Shown one piece after another: positions 12,381 to 24,357 of a DNA stretch of 64,000 nucleotides; the first letter of the stretch is position 1; each line of letters begins with the position of its first letter. Source of the stretch: Malacoraja senta (Eukaryota); assembly GCA_038087875.1 (NCBI GenBank), contig JAXLNO010000213.1:372001-436000 (forward strand), written 5' to 3'. The notes below the pieces were generated by a model. That model was given only the letters and a program-made list of their open reading frames with translations. It was not told where the DNA came from and made no database searches. The position numbers and the translations under genes were made by a program.

Positions 12381-13297
12381 TCAACATTGCTGTCCTTCCT
12401 TAACTCGTTTAAACATTATTCTCGGCAGATATTTCATCCCGCTCTTCAGTTCCTCTCTGAATTTAGACTGAGTTACCGCGTAAATACACGTGTGTGTGCA
12501 GCAACTCAAAAGCAGGAGCATGTAGCTGATTTCGTCCACGATAAACAACGGGTCATTGAAACCGGTAAAATAAGACCGCTTTGTTATCTGTGTCCAGAGG
12601 AAACCTATAAAATACGTCATCCACAACATAATGAAGTTGCCCGAAATTGCAAAGAGCAAGATGATTGACTTTCTTCTGCTTTCCAGCTCGGTGTCATTCT
12701 GATTCGCAGCAATCTTGCCGCCTCTCAGGTTCTTGCGGACTTGACTAGCCATTAAAATGTGCCAGACTGTTAGAGCATTGAGCAATAATATCAGGAACAT
12801 TGGGAGCACAGGGCTGAAACATCGGTGAATCCAGGTGAATAATATCCATGTGGCTTCAATTAAGCATTCTTGTTTTACACTACAGCCCCATGCTACATTG
12901 TGTACTGATATATAAGGTTCAAATGCAAAGTACCAGGGGATGTTTTTGCAACAGAACAGCGGACACACAGTTGCTATAACCCTGGCTGCTGTTTTCTCGG
13001 TGCAAAATCTAGATCGCAGTTTGTGACAACATATCATCAAATACCGATCAAATGTAAACGAGAGTGTTAACCACACGGACATGTCTGTGACTGCGTGGTT
13101 AAGGGCCCGGTTGAAGGAGCACACTTGAGTAATGAAGAGAAAAGTTGATGGGAAATATAAATGATTGATACGATAAAGTAATACGTCAATTACAGCAACC
13201 AACAGATCCGCTGCAGCCATGGCGACAAGATAGCGTGATACACATTTGGAGAGACCGCACTTTCCCCGGGACAGGATGACAATCGATATCACATTAG
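12381..13297 (-). CDS. GPCR gene A, coding exon 2; GPR139/GPR142-like class A 7TM receptor (spliced product 338 aa)
   Basis: Pyrimidine tract and CAG acceptor (tttttgtttcttcccgtaacacag|, ending 13298). Motifs: YLVAMAAADLL (TM2), FTFDRY (TM3), RRKSIILLFAISGNFIMLW (TM6), SCCTHTCIY (TM7), QSKFREEL (helix 8). Stop TGA at 12383-12381. Confidence 0.92.
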
Positions 13298-15544
13298 CTG
13301 TGTTACGGGAAGAAACAAAAATCAACAAAGTGCATTAGCAGTGTAGGGTACAGGGTGCCCCACGTAACACGCGATTTCACATGAAGATTAGAGTTGAGCA
13401 TAGACATTCATGACAGGGCGAGTCGCCAACCGCACCACATTTTTAAAGGTTGGGCAACGAGAAAGAAACGTAGTCAAAAAGGCACAACATAGATACATAG
13501 ATACATAGAAATTAGGTGCAGGAGTAGGCCATTCGGCCCTTCGAGCCTGCACCGCCATTCAATACGATCATGGCTGATCATCCAACTCAGTATCCCGTAC
13601 CTGCCTTCTCTCCATACCCCCTGATCCCTTTAGCCACAAGGGCCACATCTAATTCCCTCTTAAATATAGCCAATGAACTGGCCTCAACTACCCTCTGTGG
13701 CAGAGAGTTCCAGAGATTCACCACTCTCTGTGTGAAAAAGTTTTTCCTCATCTCGGTCTTAAAGGATTTTCCCCTTATCCTTAAGCTGTGACCCCTTGTC
13801 CTGGACTTCCCCAACATCGGGAACAATCTTCCTGCATCTAGCCTGTTCAACCCCATAAGAATCTTGTACGTTTCTATAAGATCCCCTCTCAATCTCCTAA
13901 ATTCTAGTGAGTATAAGCCAAGTCTATCCAGTCTTTCTTCATATGAAAGTCCTGACATCCCAGGAATCAGTCTGGTGAACCTTCTCTGCACTCCCTCTAT
14001 GGCTATAATGTCCTTCCTCAGATTTGGAGACCAAAACTGTACGCAATACTCCAGGTGTGGTCTCACCAAGACCCTGTACAACTGCAGTAGAACCTCACTG
14101 CTCCTATACTCAAATCCTCTTGCTATGAAGGCCAACATACCATTCGCTTTCTTCACTGCCTGCTGCACCTGCATGCCTACTTTCAATGACTGGTGTACCA
14201 TGACACCCAGGTCTCGCTGCATCTCCCCATTTCCTAATCGGCCACCATTTAGATAATAGTCTGCCTTCCCGTTTTTGCTACCAAAGTGGATAACCTCACA
14301 CTTATCCACATTATACTGCATCTGCCAAACATTTGCCCACTCACCCAGCCTATCCAAGTCACCTTGCAGTCTCCTAGCATCCTCCTCACAGCTAACACTG
14401 CCCCCCAGCTTAGTGTCATCCGCAAACTTGGAGATGTTGCTTTCAATTCCCTCGTCCAGATCATTAATATAAATTGTAAATAGCTGGGGTCCCAGCACTG
14501 AGCCTTGTGGTACCCCACTAGTCACTGCCTGCCATTGTGAAAAGGACCCGTTTACTCCTACTCTTTGCTTCCTGTTTGCCAGCCAGTTCTCTATCCACAT
14601 CAATACTGAACCCCCAATACCGTGTGATTTAAGTTTGTATCCTAATCTCTTATGTGGTACCTTGTCGAAAGCCTTCTGAAAGTCCAGATACAACACATCC
14701 ACTGGTTCTCCCCTATCCACTCTACTAGTTACATCCTCGAAAATTTCTATAAGATTCGTCAGACACGATTTACCTTTCGTAAATCCATGCTGACTTTGTC
14801 CAATGATTTCACCACTTTCCAAATGTGCTGCTATCCCATCTTTAATAACTGACTCTAGCAGTTTCCCCACTACCGATGTTGAAGACGGAACCAAAGTAGT
14901 TATTCAATTGGTCTGCCATATCCTTGTTCCCCATGATCAATTCACCTGTTTCTGACTGCAAGGGACCTACATTTGATTTAACTAATCTCTTTCTCTTCAC
15001 ATATCTATAAAAACTTTTGCAGTCAGTTTTTATGTTCCCTGCCAGTTTCCTTTCATAATCTATTTTCCCTTTCCTAATTAAGCCCTTTGTCCTCCTCTGC
15101 TGGTCTCTGAATTTCTCCCAGTCCTCTGGTATGCTGCTTTTTCTGGCTAATTTGTACGCATCATCTTTTGCTTTGATACTATCCCTGATTTCCCTTGTTA
15201 TCCACGGATGCACTACCTTCCTTGATTTATTCTTTTGCCAAACTGGGATGAACAATTTTTGTAGTTCATCCATGCAGTCTTTAAATGCCTTCCATTGCAT
15301 ATCCACCGTCAACCCTTTTAGAACTAATTGCCAGTCAATCTTGGCCAATTCGACTTCCGGTGGCGTCATGTTAGACTAACAGACGTGCACCCAGCTCCTC
15401 TCCCGAAAAACTTCACGATTTATCGTGTAAAACGGGTCCGAAAATCGGGATTGTTTTTAAAAACCTTACCGGAGCTTCTGGTTACCGCGCTGATGACGTC
15501 ATCGTTAAACGCGATGTTTTAAACGGTGGTTTGAAGCCCTTTAA

Positions 15545-16615
15545 ATGAGTAAATTAACTCCAGCTGTGAGCCCTCAGAGAGCTGTGAATAAACTGTCGAA
15601 ACAGTTCGAAACTGAAGTTACCTCTGAAGTCTCTGAAGTGGCTGCAGAAATGGATACAAGATCTAAGAAAGACTTTGATGACTTGAAAAAATCAATGAAA
15701 AATTTGAAAGATGAGATCTCGAATAATAGGGTGGAAGATAAGAAGGAAATGAAGGAAAATTCGGCAAAAATGATGGAAGGAATGCAGAAGATGATGAAGG
15801 ATTTAAATGCTGGTAACCAGAAGAATATGACGGATTTACTGGACACTATGAATAAACGAATTGATGAGGTGAAAGATGGACTATCAGAGAAAATGGATAA
15901 GATGGATGTAATTACTACGGATAAGTTCACGGCTGTACTTGAAACAGTAGCTGCAAGTATGCAGACAATCACGGAATTGGAGAAAAATACGGCACGACTG
16001 GTTGAAGACATGGCGAAATTGAGGCAAGAACATGAGCAAATGAGGCGAGAAAACGAACAAGCATCACTACAAATGGGGACTCAATTAGAGAAAGTCTCAT
16101 TCAAATGCCTGGACCTGGAAGCTCGTTCTAGACGCCAGAATCTGAGGATTCTTGGTGTTTCAGAGGGGGCAGAAGGGGAACAGGTACGTGAATTTGCCAT
16201 GGGCTTGTTGAAACAACTGTTGAATCTTCCCAAGGAACCGAAAATCGAAGTGGCTCATCGTGTCCCAAGATTTGGAAAAAGATTTGATGCGGGAAAAGCT
16301 TATCCACGACATATTATAGTGAAATTTCGAGACACTGCAGAACTGGAATATGTTATGACCCATATCAAATATGGTGTACAATTACGGCTGGACAAAGACA
16401 CTATTAAGATATTCAGGGACTACCCACATGAAATTGTGCAAAAAAGAAACAAATTTGATAAGGTTAAAGATCTTTTAAGAGGGAGAGAAGGGGTCAGATT
16501 CGGGGTTTTTTATCCCGCTAAAATGCGTATTTCTTTTAATGGTCTTGAAAAGTCATTTGTTAAGCCTGAAGACGCTTTCAAATATGCCCAAACGATTGTT
16601 GAAAGACAGAAATAA
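15545..16615 (+). CDS. L1 ORF1p (coiled coil, RRM and C-terminal domain), 356 aa, intact
   Basis: Heptad-rich N-terminal half, then DLEARSRRQNLRILGVSEGAEG, EVAHR, PRHIIVKF, IFRDY, YPAKMRI. Confidence 0.93.
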   Translation: MSKLTPAVSPQRAVNKLSKQFETEVTSEVSEVAAEMDTRSKKDFDDLKKSMKNLKDEISNNRVEDKKEMKENSAKMMEGMQKMMKDLNAGNQKNMTDLLDTMNKRIDEVKDGLSEKMDKMDVITTDKFTAVLETVAASMQTITELEKNTARLVEDMAKLRQEHEQMRRENEQASLQMGTQLEKVSFKCLDLEARSRRQNLRILGVSEGAEGEQVREFAMGLLKQLLNLPKEPKIEVAHRVPRFGKRFDAGKAYPRHIIVKFRDTAELEYVMTHIKYGVQLRLDKDTIKIFRDYPHEIVQKRNKFDKVKDLLRGREGVRFGVFYPAKMRISFNGLEKSFVKPEDAFKYAQTIVERQK

Positions 16616-17420
16616 AAGGGAGCTTTGGCAGATCCGAATAATTCTCAGCTATGTTTTGTCTGGGGATAGTTACACTGTTATCTCCGGAATGTTGAAGCAA
16701 GGACATTTTCTGTTCAAAACGTGTAAACAACTTTATAACGGGATATGAATTAGAAAATAATTGCTTATTGATTAAAATGTTATAACCAATTGTAAGAACT
16801 TATCCTATTAACAACTTTAAAAGTTATGCAGGTTAGATTAGAATACTAACAAAAAAAACAAAAAAATAATGAACTAACATACTAATATGAATTTTTAATA
16901 AATTGTAACCTTGTCTATAAGCGGGAGGAGGGGATGAGAAACGAGCTCCTGGCTTATGTCCAGGAGCACGTCTCGTTAACCCCTTCAACCAACAGCTGAT
17001 TCTTATTGAAATCAAAAATATTGGTTTAATAATTAAACTCTGATATATATATATGTTATAAGGAAATATCAGGGTAAAATTGTATTATATATATGAATGT
17101 GAGGCCTCGTTTTAATATTTTAATATGTTATGATTAACTAAGAGAGCGGAGCGAGTTGAGCAACAACGCAATGGAAGTCAAAATAAGGTTTTTTCCCACC
17201 TACAGGTGGGTCACTTGCTACAGTGCCGACTATAGACACTGTAGCTTCACTTTTTTAGTTTTTTTTTTATTACATAAAATCACTTGTTTGTGTTTTGTGT
17301 TTAGTGATAAGAATAATATGGACATACCAACAAAAGTTAATAATTCAAAAACTCCCCCAATACCTAAAGACCTGGGATATGGACGCACCACAAGATTCAA
17401 AGGTACTATAATTATTCAAA

Positions 17421-20400
17421 ATGCATGACACCACACAAAAGAACCTAGGAGGAGTCTCATTTTGTAGTTGGAATATAAGAGGTATTAATGAACCTATCAA
17501 AAGGGGTAAGATATTAGCTCAGCTAAAAATGTATAATTCTGACATTACCTTCCTACAAGAAACACACCTAAAACCTCAGGACCAAGTTAGGCTGAGGGCG
17601 AAATGGATAGGTCAAACATACCACTCTTCATTCACTTCAAAATCTAGAGGCACGTCAATTATCATAAGAAAAGGTATACCATTTAAAGCAAAGAATATTA
17701 TAACAGATATAGAAGGGAGATACCTAATAGTTAATGGAGAAATCCATGACACTCCACTTACTTTGGTAAATATATATGCCCCTAACTTTGATAACCCCCA
17801 CTTTTTCAATAAAATCTTCAATATAATTGCAGAGTCAAACTATCAAAATGTTATAATAGGCGGAGACTTTAATTGTGTTTTAGACCCGTACTTAGATAAA
17901 TCAAGTCAAAAACAGAGAGGGAATATGAAATCGAAAACTGGGGAACTCCTCAATACCTACATAAACAACACTAATATAGCAGATGTTTGGAGAATTGTGA
18001 ATCCAACTGGCAGGGAATATTCGTTTTACTCAATGGTACATAAGACATACTCACGTATAGACTACTTTCTGCTGGATACAAAATTAATCCCCCAAACATC
18101 TAATGCAATATATCATACAAATTCAATTTCAGACCACTCTCCACTAACTTTCTTTTTAAAACTGGAAGGATTGTCTAAGAATAATTCATTCTGGAGATTT
18201 AACTCTCAAATTTTAAAAGATCCACAAGCGAGTATATATTTAAAAGAACAAATGGAGGTCTTTTTTCAAACAAATGATACTTCAGATATATCGCCTACTT
18301 TACTTTGGGAATCTTTTAAAGCATACATTAGGGGTATTATAATTTCATATCAAGCTTTTCAAAATAAAAAGAATAAGAATGAACAAAGACAGTTAGAAGA
18401 ACTTATTAGACAAATGGATATAGATAATGCTAAAGATCCAACAATAGATAAACATAATAAAATAATAATTTTAAAATTTAAATTAAATAAATTATTATCT
18501 GCCAAACTTATAAGACTTTTTCAAATTACAAAACAAGAGCACTTTGAATTTGGGGATAAACCGCATAAACTTTTGGCTCGCCAGCTAAAAAAACGAGAAA
18601 AGGAACATACTATACCAAAGATCAAATCAGATAAAGGGGAATTATTAACAACACCGAAGGATATTAATAAAAGATTTGCGCAATTTTACGAGAATTTGTA
18701 TACATCTAAAACGATAATTGATTCCAATAATATCACAAAGTTCTTGGATACCTGTAATCTTCCAAAGTTAGAGCTGAAGGAACAAGAGGAACTGGGTGCA
18801 CAAATCTCAATTAAGGAATTAGAAGATACAATAAACTCATTAAAAAATGGAAAAACACCAGGCCCTGATGGATTTACTAATGAATTTTATAAAAACTTTT
18901 ATGATAAAATAATACCAAGATTACAAAAAATGTACCAATACGCTTTTAAAAAACGAATACTACCTGATACATTAGCGGAATCAACGATTACATTAATACC
19001 TAAGAAAAATAAGGATTTAGAAGAACCTGGCTCATATAGAGCTATAGCATTGTTAAACACAGATCAAAAAATATTAGCGAAAACATTAGCCAGAAGATTA
19101 AGTAAATACATTAGTAAATTAATAAACCCAGATCAGACAGGGTTTATCCCTAAGAGATACTCTTCTAATAATATGAGACGTCTACTCAACATAATGCACT
19201 CACACAAATCTGAAGATCAAGAATTATCAATTATTTCGCTGGATGCTGAAAAAGCATTTGATCAAGTAGAATGGAATTATATGGATAAAGTATTACAAAA
19301 ATTTCAACTGGGAGAGAATTTTATTTTATGGATTAAGTTACTATATAACAAACCTACAGCTAGAATACTTACTAATAACATATTATCCTCGAAATTTCAA
19401 CTATCAAGGGGAAATAGACAAGGATGCTCATTATCACCACAGCTGTTTGCTCTCATTATTGAACCGCTAGCAGAAAAAATTAGAATACACCCTGATATTC
19501 ATGGATATAATACTAAAGACTCATATAATAAAATATCTTTATACGCGGATGATGTATTATTGTATATTACAAAACCTCAAATCACTATACCAAATATATT
19601 AAATTTAATTGAAGACTTCGGATCTTTTTCTGGATATAGAATAAATTGGAATAAAAGTGAAATTATGTCAATAAAACCGAAAGATTCAACACATCTTTTA
19701 AAATTCCCTTTTAAAATAGCTACAGAAAAATTTAAATATTTGGGAATCGAAATTACCAGAACATATCAAGGTATGCTCAGGGCAAATTTTGACCCCCTAC
19801 TTAATAAACTGAATACATTAATTAAATTCTGGAAAACGCTTCCGATGTCTTTAATAGGCCGAATAAACGCAATAAAAATGATCTTTTTACCACAAATTTT
19901 ATACCTATTTCAATCAATTCCTATATACTTACATAAGAAGTTTTTTAAAAAACTCGACTCAGATATCACTAATTTTATATGGGACTATAAATCACATAGA
20001 ATACAAAAAACCCATCTGAATAAATCTAAAGTATTGGGGGGTCTAGCACTACCCAATTTTATGTATTATTATTGGTCAGTAAATATTAAAAACATGATTC
20101 AACTGATGGATAACTCCGCCCAGCAAGTAGACTGGATAGTAATGGAGAAAGAGGATTGCTCCTCTAGAAACATTGGAGCGATCCTCCTCTCTCCAATGAA
20201 ATTGAATAACATAAACTATAATAAGAACCCAATTATTCATAGTACAATCCGTATTTGGAAACAAATAAAACAAAATTTAAAATTAAGAAACTTATCACTT
20301 TTATTACCTATAGTCAATAACCCTTCGTTTAGTCCTTCTATTATAGATAAAGCTTATACACAATGGGATAGACTAGGAATTAAAACGCTTGGTGACTTGT

Positions 20401-21212
20401 ATGAAACTGGAAAATTACTTTCATTTCAACAATTACAAATAAAATATAAACTCGGAAATAATCAATATTTTAAATACTTTCAAATATGCGACTATTTGAA
20501 AAAATATATAAAAGATCATCATAATAACCCAGCAGATGTACTGGACGAGGCAATGCAGACAAAAGCGGAATCAGCAAACTTAATATCATATTTGTACAAT
20601 ATTATCTTAAATGTACAAATACCATCTACGGAGGGTATCAGAAGAGACTGGGAACAATAGTTAGCTATTAAAATTTCAAAGGAAAGTTGGAATGAATACT
20701 TATTAAAAGTACATAAATGCTCGATTAATGTAAGACACACTTTAATACAATTTAAAATTTTACATAGATTATATTATTCGAAAACTAAAATTCATAAAAT
20801 TTTCCCAAACGTATCATCTATTTGTGATAAATGTCAATCCCAAGAAGCAACTATAGCGCACTCATTTGTCTTCTGTACAAAAATTCAAAAATTTTGGAAT
20901 GACATTTTTGAAATCTTTACAAAGTTATTTAAAACAAGACTGATACCCAAAGCAGAATGGATTATCTTCGGAATAACGGAAGATGATCCAGAACTAAATG
21001 TGTTTCAAAAGAAATTAATGGATTATGGGTTAATAACTGGAAAAAAGCTAATTCTAAAATTTTGGAAGAAGGCTCCAATACCAACTATAAATATGTGGAT
21101 TTCAAATATGTTTGAAACACTACACCTTGAAGAGATAAGACTCCTCCTAGCAGGTAAACCAGATCACTTCCACCTGACGTGGTCTGCATTTATAGAATTA
21201 TTACAAACATAG
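17421..21212 (+). pseudogene. L1 ORF2p (APE endonuclease, RT and cysteine-rich C-terminus) with one in-frame TAG at 20658-20660
   Basis: SWNIRG, FLQETH, GGDFN, SRIDYF, SDH; SLDAEKAFD, RQGCSLSP, YADD. The frame continues without stops after the TAG through CDKC...H...C to 21212 (1263 codons in total). Confidence 0.92.
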
Positions 21213-24046
21213 GGTGCAAAAGTACTTTAAAAAAATAAAAAATTGAGGTCGGGTAAGGGGGGATGATAGTTGAAGAGTTGGTATGTCCTATTTACGTGAT
21301 GCTCAAAAAAAAAAAAACATTTGTTTTTCTTTTTTTCTCTCTCTCTTTTCTTTTCTTAGGGCCTATTTCTTAACTCTTTTTCTTTTTGTTTTTAATTTCG
21401 CTCTCATAGGGTCCTCGTCCTTTTTTTTTGTTGTTACATTTTCTACACTTTTCTACACTTGCACTTTTTCCTTCACTTTCTTCTCTCTTTCAATCTTTTC
21501 TTTCTTTAGTGTAAAAAAAATAAATAAAGGGAGTACATTAATTGTAAGAAGATATAAATGACGAGTATTAATGTATGTGGCTGTGATGTAATGTACTTCT
21601 AATAAATAAAAATTAAAAAAAAAAAAAAAAAAAAAAAATCTTGGCCAATTCATGTCTCATACCCTCAAAGTTACCTTTCTTTAAGTTCAGAACCGTTGTT
21701 TCTGAATTAACAATGTCACTCTCCATCCTAATGAAGAACTCAACCATATTATGATCACTCTTGCCCAAGGGGGCACGCACAACGAGTCTGCTAACTAACC
21801 CTTCCTCATTACTCAATACCCAGTCTAGAATAGCCTGCTCTCTCGTTGGTTCCTCTACATGTTGGTTTAGATAACTATCCCTCATACATTCCAAGAAATC
21901 CTCTTCCTCAGCACCCCTGCCAATTTGATTCACCCAATCTATATGTAGATTGAAGTCACCCATTATAACTGTTTTGCCTTTGTTGCACGCATTTCTAATT
22001 TCCTGTTTGATGCCATCCCCAACTTCACTACTACTGCTAGGTGGCCTGTACACAACGCCCACCAGCGTTTTCTGCCCCTTAGTGTTTCGAGGAGGTACTT
22101 CCTGCTGCAGCTGAGGATGCATAATCTGCCACAGGCAATGATGGTCCAATTCTACACGGCCATCGTAGAGTCTGTTCTCACCTTCTCCATCATGGTCTGG
22201 TTTGACTCAGTCACCAAGCACGACATCCGGAGGCTGCAGCGATCGTCCGATCAGCAGAGAAGATTATTGGCTGCAACCTTCTCTCCATTGATGAACTATA
22301 CACTGCAAGGGCCAGGAAGCGAGCGGGCAAGATCACCTCTGACCCCTCTCACTCTGGCCACAAACTCTTTGAATCACGTCCCTCTGGAAGGCGACTCCGG
22401 ATGGTCAAAGCTGCCACAGCCAGACATAAAAACTGTTTTTATCCACGAGTAGTTGTACTAATTAACAGCTAAAAATCTGTAGCCTCCCTTTGATCTGGTA
22501 TTTTGTTTGTTCACATGCTTGATCAATGGTGTTTTATCATTAATGTTTTATTATTATTAATGTTTAGTGTTTCTGAGTCATTCGTAACTGTCACTGTATG
22601 TCATGTTGCTACTTGTGGGCGGAGCACCAAGGCAAATTCCTTGTATGTGAATACTTGGCCAATAAACTTACTTACTTACTTATTTCCACTGTTAGGACTG
22701 TCGCCAGTGTTGACGGGGAATGTAATCGACAATAGATGCGTGAATGAAAATAATGGTAATTTTACAATGAATTTACATGGAACAGTATTTCATCAGATCT
22801 CATAAATATGGTGTACGCGGCAGGTGCAAATCTGTGATCTGTAAATGAAACGCGACGCCACGGCATTTCCTGGTAGCCGATGGTGAAATCAAATGTCATC
22901 TGATAAGATGTAATGATGACTGAAAATGTAGCCGTGAATTTGTACGTCTTTAACTCATTTACGCTTCCTTTTATTAACACGAAATGTGCATTTCTAACTA
23001 ACAAATGCAGTTAATGCAACGAATTGCATCGGTGCAGTTAACTGCAATTATTTTCATCATTTTCTGTTTGACTGGAACGTCCGGCATTAAATCAATAAAA
23101 TCAATTATTTTCAATTGATCGTTTCAATTCATCAGACATTCACCGCTCTTGTGCTTTGAATCTCCGTAACATCTCGCCAGTTATAAATTGTATAAATGTC
23201 TCATTTTCGCTATTGCTGTTTACAGAGATTTTGTGTACCTTCGATTTTCCAGCATCTGCAGTTCCTTCTTAAACACATTGTGAGGATATCGGGACCGCCA
23301 CACACGCACCTGAGATTCTGACCAGTGTCAGGCAGAGACGGGGCATTCCATCAGCTGTTTACTCGGTGCAACGGATTCCCTGCGGCAGCGATGTTGCTAC
23401 TGGCACAGATGCCACAGAAGGCAACTGCTTCTCACGCGCAAGGACAGACCAATGCGTTGAAAATGAAACATTGAGTAGACTATGTTTGTTCGCGCAAAGA
23501 GTGGATATCCACCCATGGCAGGCATTGCAATGTTGATGAATAATATCCTTCACCTGGGTGTAAAGCAGTGGAGACATTCTGGCCAACGGCACCGCAGCCG
23601 GCGTCATGTTTGCTCTGAACCCAGAATATTTGTTGAAACCGAACGGCTCACGATATATGTGTGCGCAGAGGCGAATAGGAAGCGACGTCTATTACACCTT
23701 TAAATGACGAGACGTCGCCTGGTGTCACCGGATAGGAGGGGTGTTCATCTGATGAATTGAACCAATAAAGTGAATACAAAATATTTAATTGACTGCAGGA
23801 AGTTTCAAACAAAACATTAATGAAATACATTAAATCATTTCAACCAACTGCAGCATTTGCTGTTGAAAATGTACATTTCATCTGACCGAAACGAGGCATT
23901 ACTGAGTTCAGCCCGTTAGAAACACGGCTATAGTCGTCTTTCAATGGATTGGAGGACAGGGCAATCTAAACGCCACATATCTGCTAAGAATGGGGTATAA
24001 AAACAAGCTTATCTGGACGATTCATAACATAGATCCAATTACTTAC

Positions 24047-24146
24047 CAAGAATTCCAAGCATTGCTACAATCGGGTAATAAATCATTTCTGCCTGGACCA
24101 TGGAAGGCAGCAGAAAAAACGGATAATCGGTGAATATAACTTTCAT
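24047..24146 (-). CDS. GPCR gene A, coding exon 1 (N-terminus and first half of TM1)
   Basis: ATG at 24146-24144 reads MKVIFTDYPFFLLPSMVQAEMIYYPIVAMLGIL plus 1 nt (G), then a canonical GTAAGT donor (24046-24041). 100 nt gives phase 1, joining in frame to exon 2 (G|CT AAT = A-N) to complete TM1 'IYYPIVAMLGILANVISIVIL'. Not in the ORF track. Confidence 0.88.
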
Positions 24147-24357
24147 CCTGGGGAGCAGCGAGAGAGAAGCTCAATGTTCGACGCTGGAATGCAACTGACA
24201 GCGCGTTCTAGAGAAAGGCTTGATATCTTAGAGATAGTCTTCCCATGGGATCAGGAAGACGAAAACAAGAACATTAACATTACTTCATGGTATTTGAACA
24301 TTGCATTAGCAATGCTTACAATTATGATTCCACCACACGATATTTAACCGCTAAATA

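Larger units (their letters stand above)
15352..21636 (+). mobile_element. Full-length L1 retrotransposon with 15-bp TSD and poly(A) tail
   Basis: TSD AATCTTGGCCAATTC at 15337-15351 and 21637-21651. 5' end GACTTCCGG; ORF1, 805-nt spacer, ORF2; AATAAA at 21601 and poly(A) 21615-21636. Confidence 0.96.
13488..22088 (-). mobile_element. CR1-clade LINE, 5'-truncated, interrupted by L1 (pieces 13488-15351 and 21652-22088)
   Basis: RT ORF 13587-14880 (YLDFQKAFD, PQGSVLGP, FADD); endonuclease C-terminal half (YRPP, MGDFN, SDH) at 21652-22088; (ctatgtat)n tail at 13488-13508; internal deletion at 14880/14881. Confidence 0.93.
13472..22682 (+). mobile_element. 5'-truncated Rex1/Babar-like LINE split by the CR1 insertion (pieces 13472-13489 and 22089-22682)
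   Basis: Left piece agtcaaaaaggcacaaca plus right piece gaggaggtacttcctg reconstitutes the contiguous sequence seen in the related minus-strand copy at ~41035-41070 (AQQxMYFL). 3' end AATAAA plus (CTTA)n tail. Clade assignment is from motif memory. Confidence 0.7.

Noticed and set aside
13298..13328. ORF-track N-termini of the GPCRs (MLIFVSSRNT..., and MLLRYFYAG... at 33614-33674)
   Set aside because: Both begin at non-ATG codons inside pyrimidine tract/acceptor sequence; real ATG-bearing first exons exist upstream.
15574..16011. 145-aa antisense ORF within L1 ORF1 (and antisense ORFs over the CR1 RT and GPCR exons)
   Set aside because: Shadow frames of real coding sequence; no independent support.
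22700..24040. Short ORFs (60-82 aa) in the unique part of the gene A intron
   Set aside because: No recognisable motifs, mostly non-ATG starts, and no consistent splice structure.
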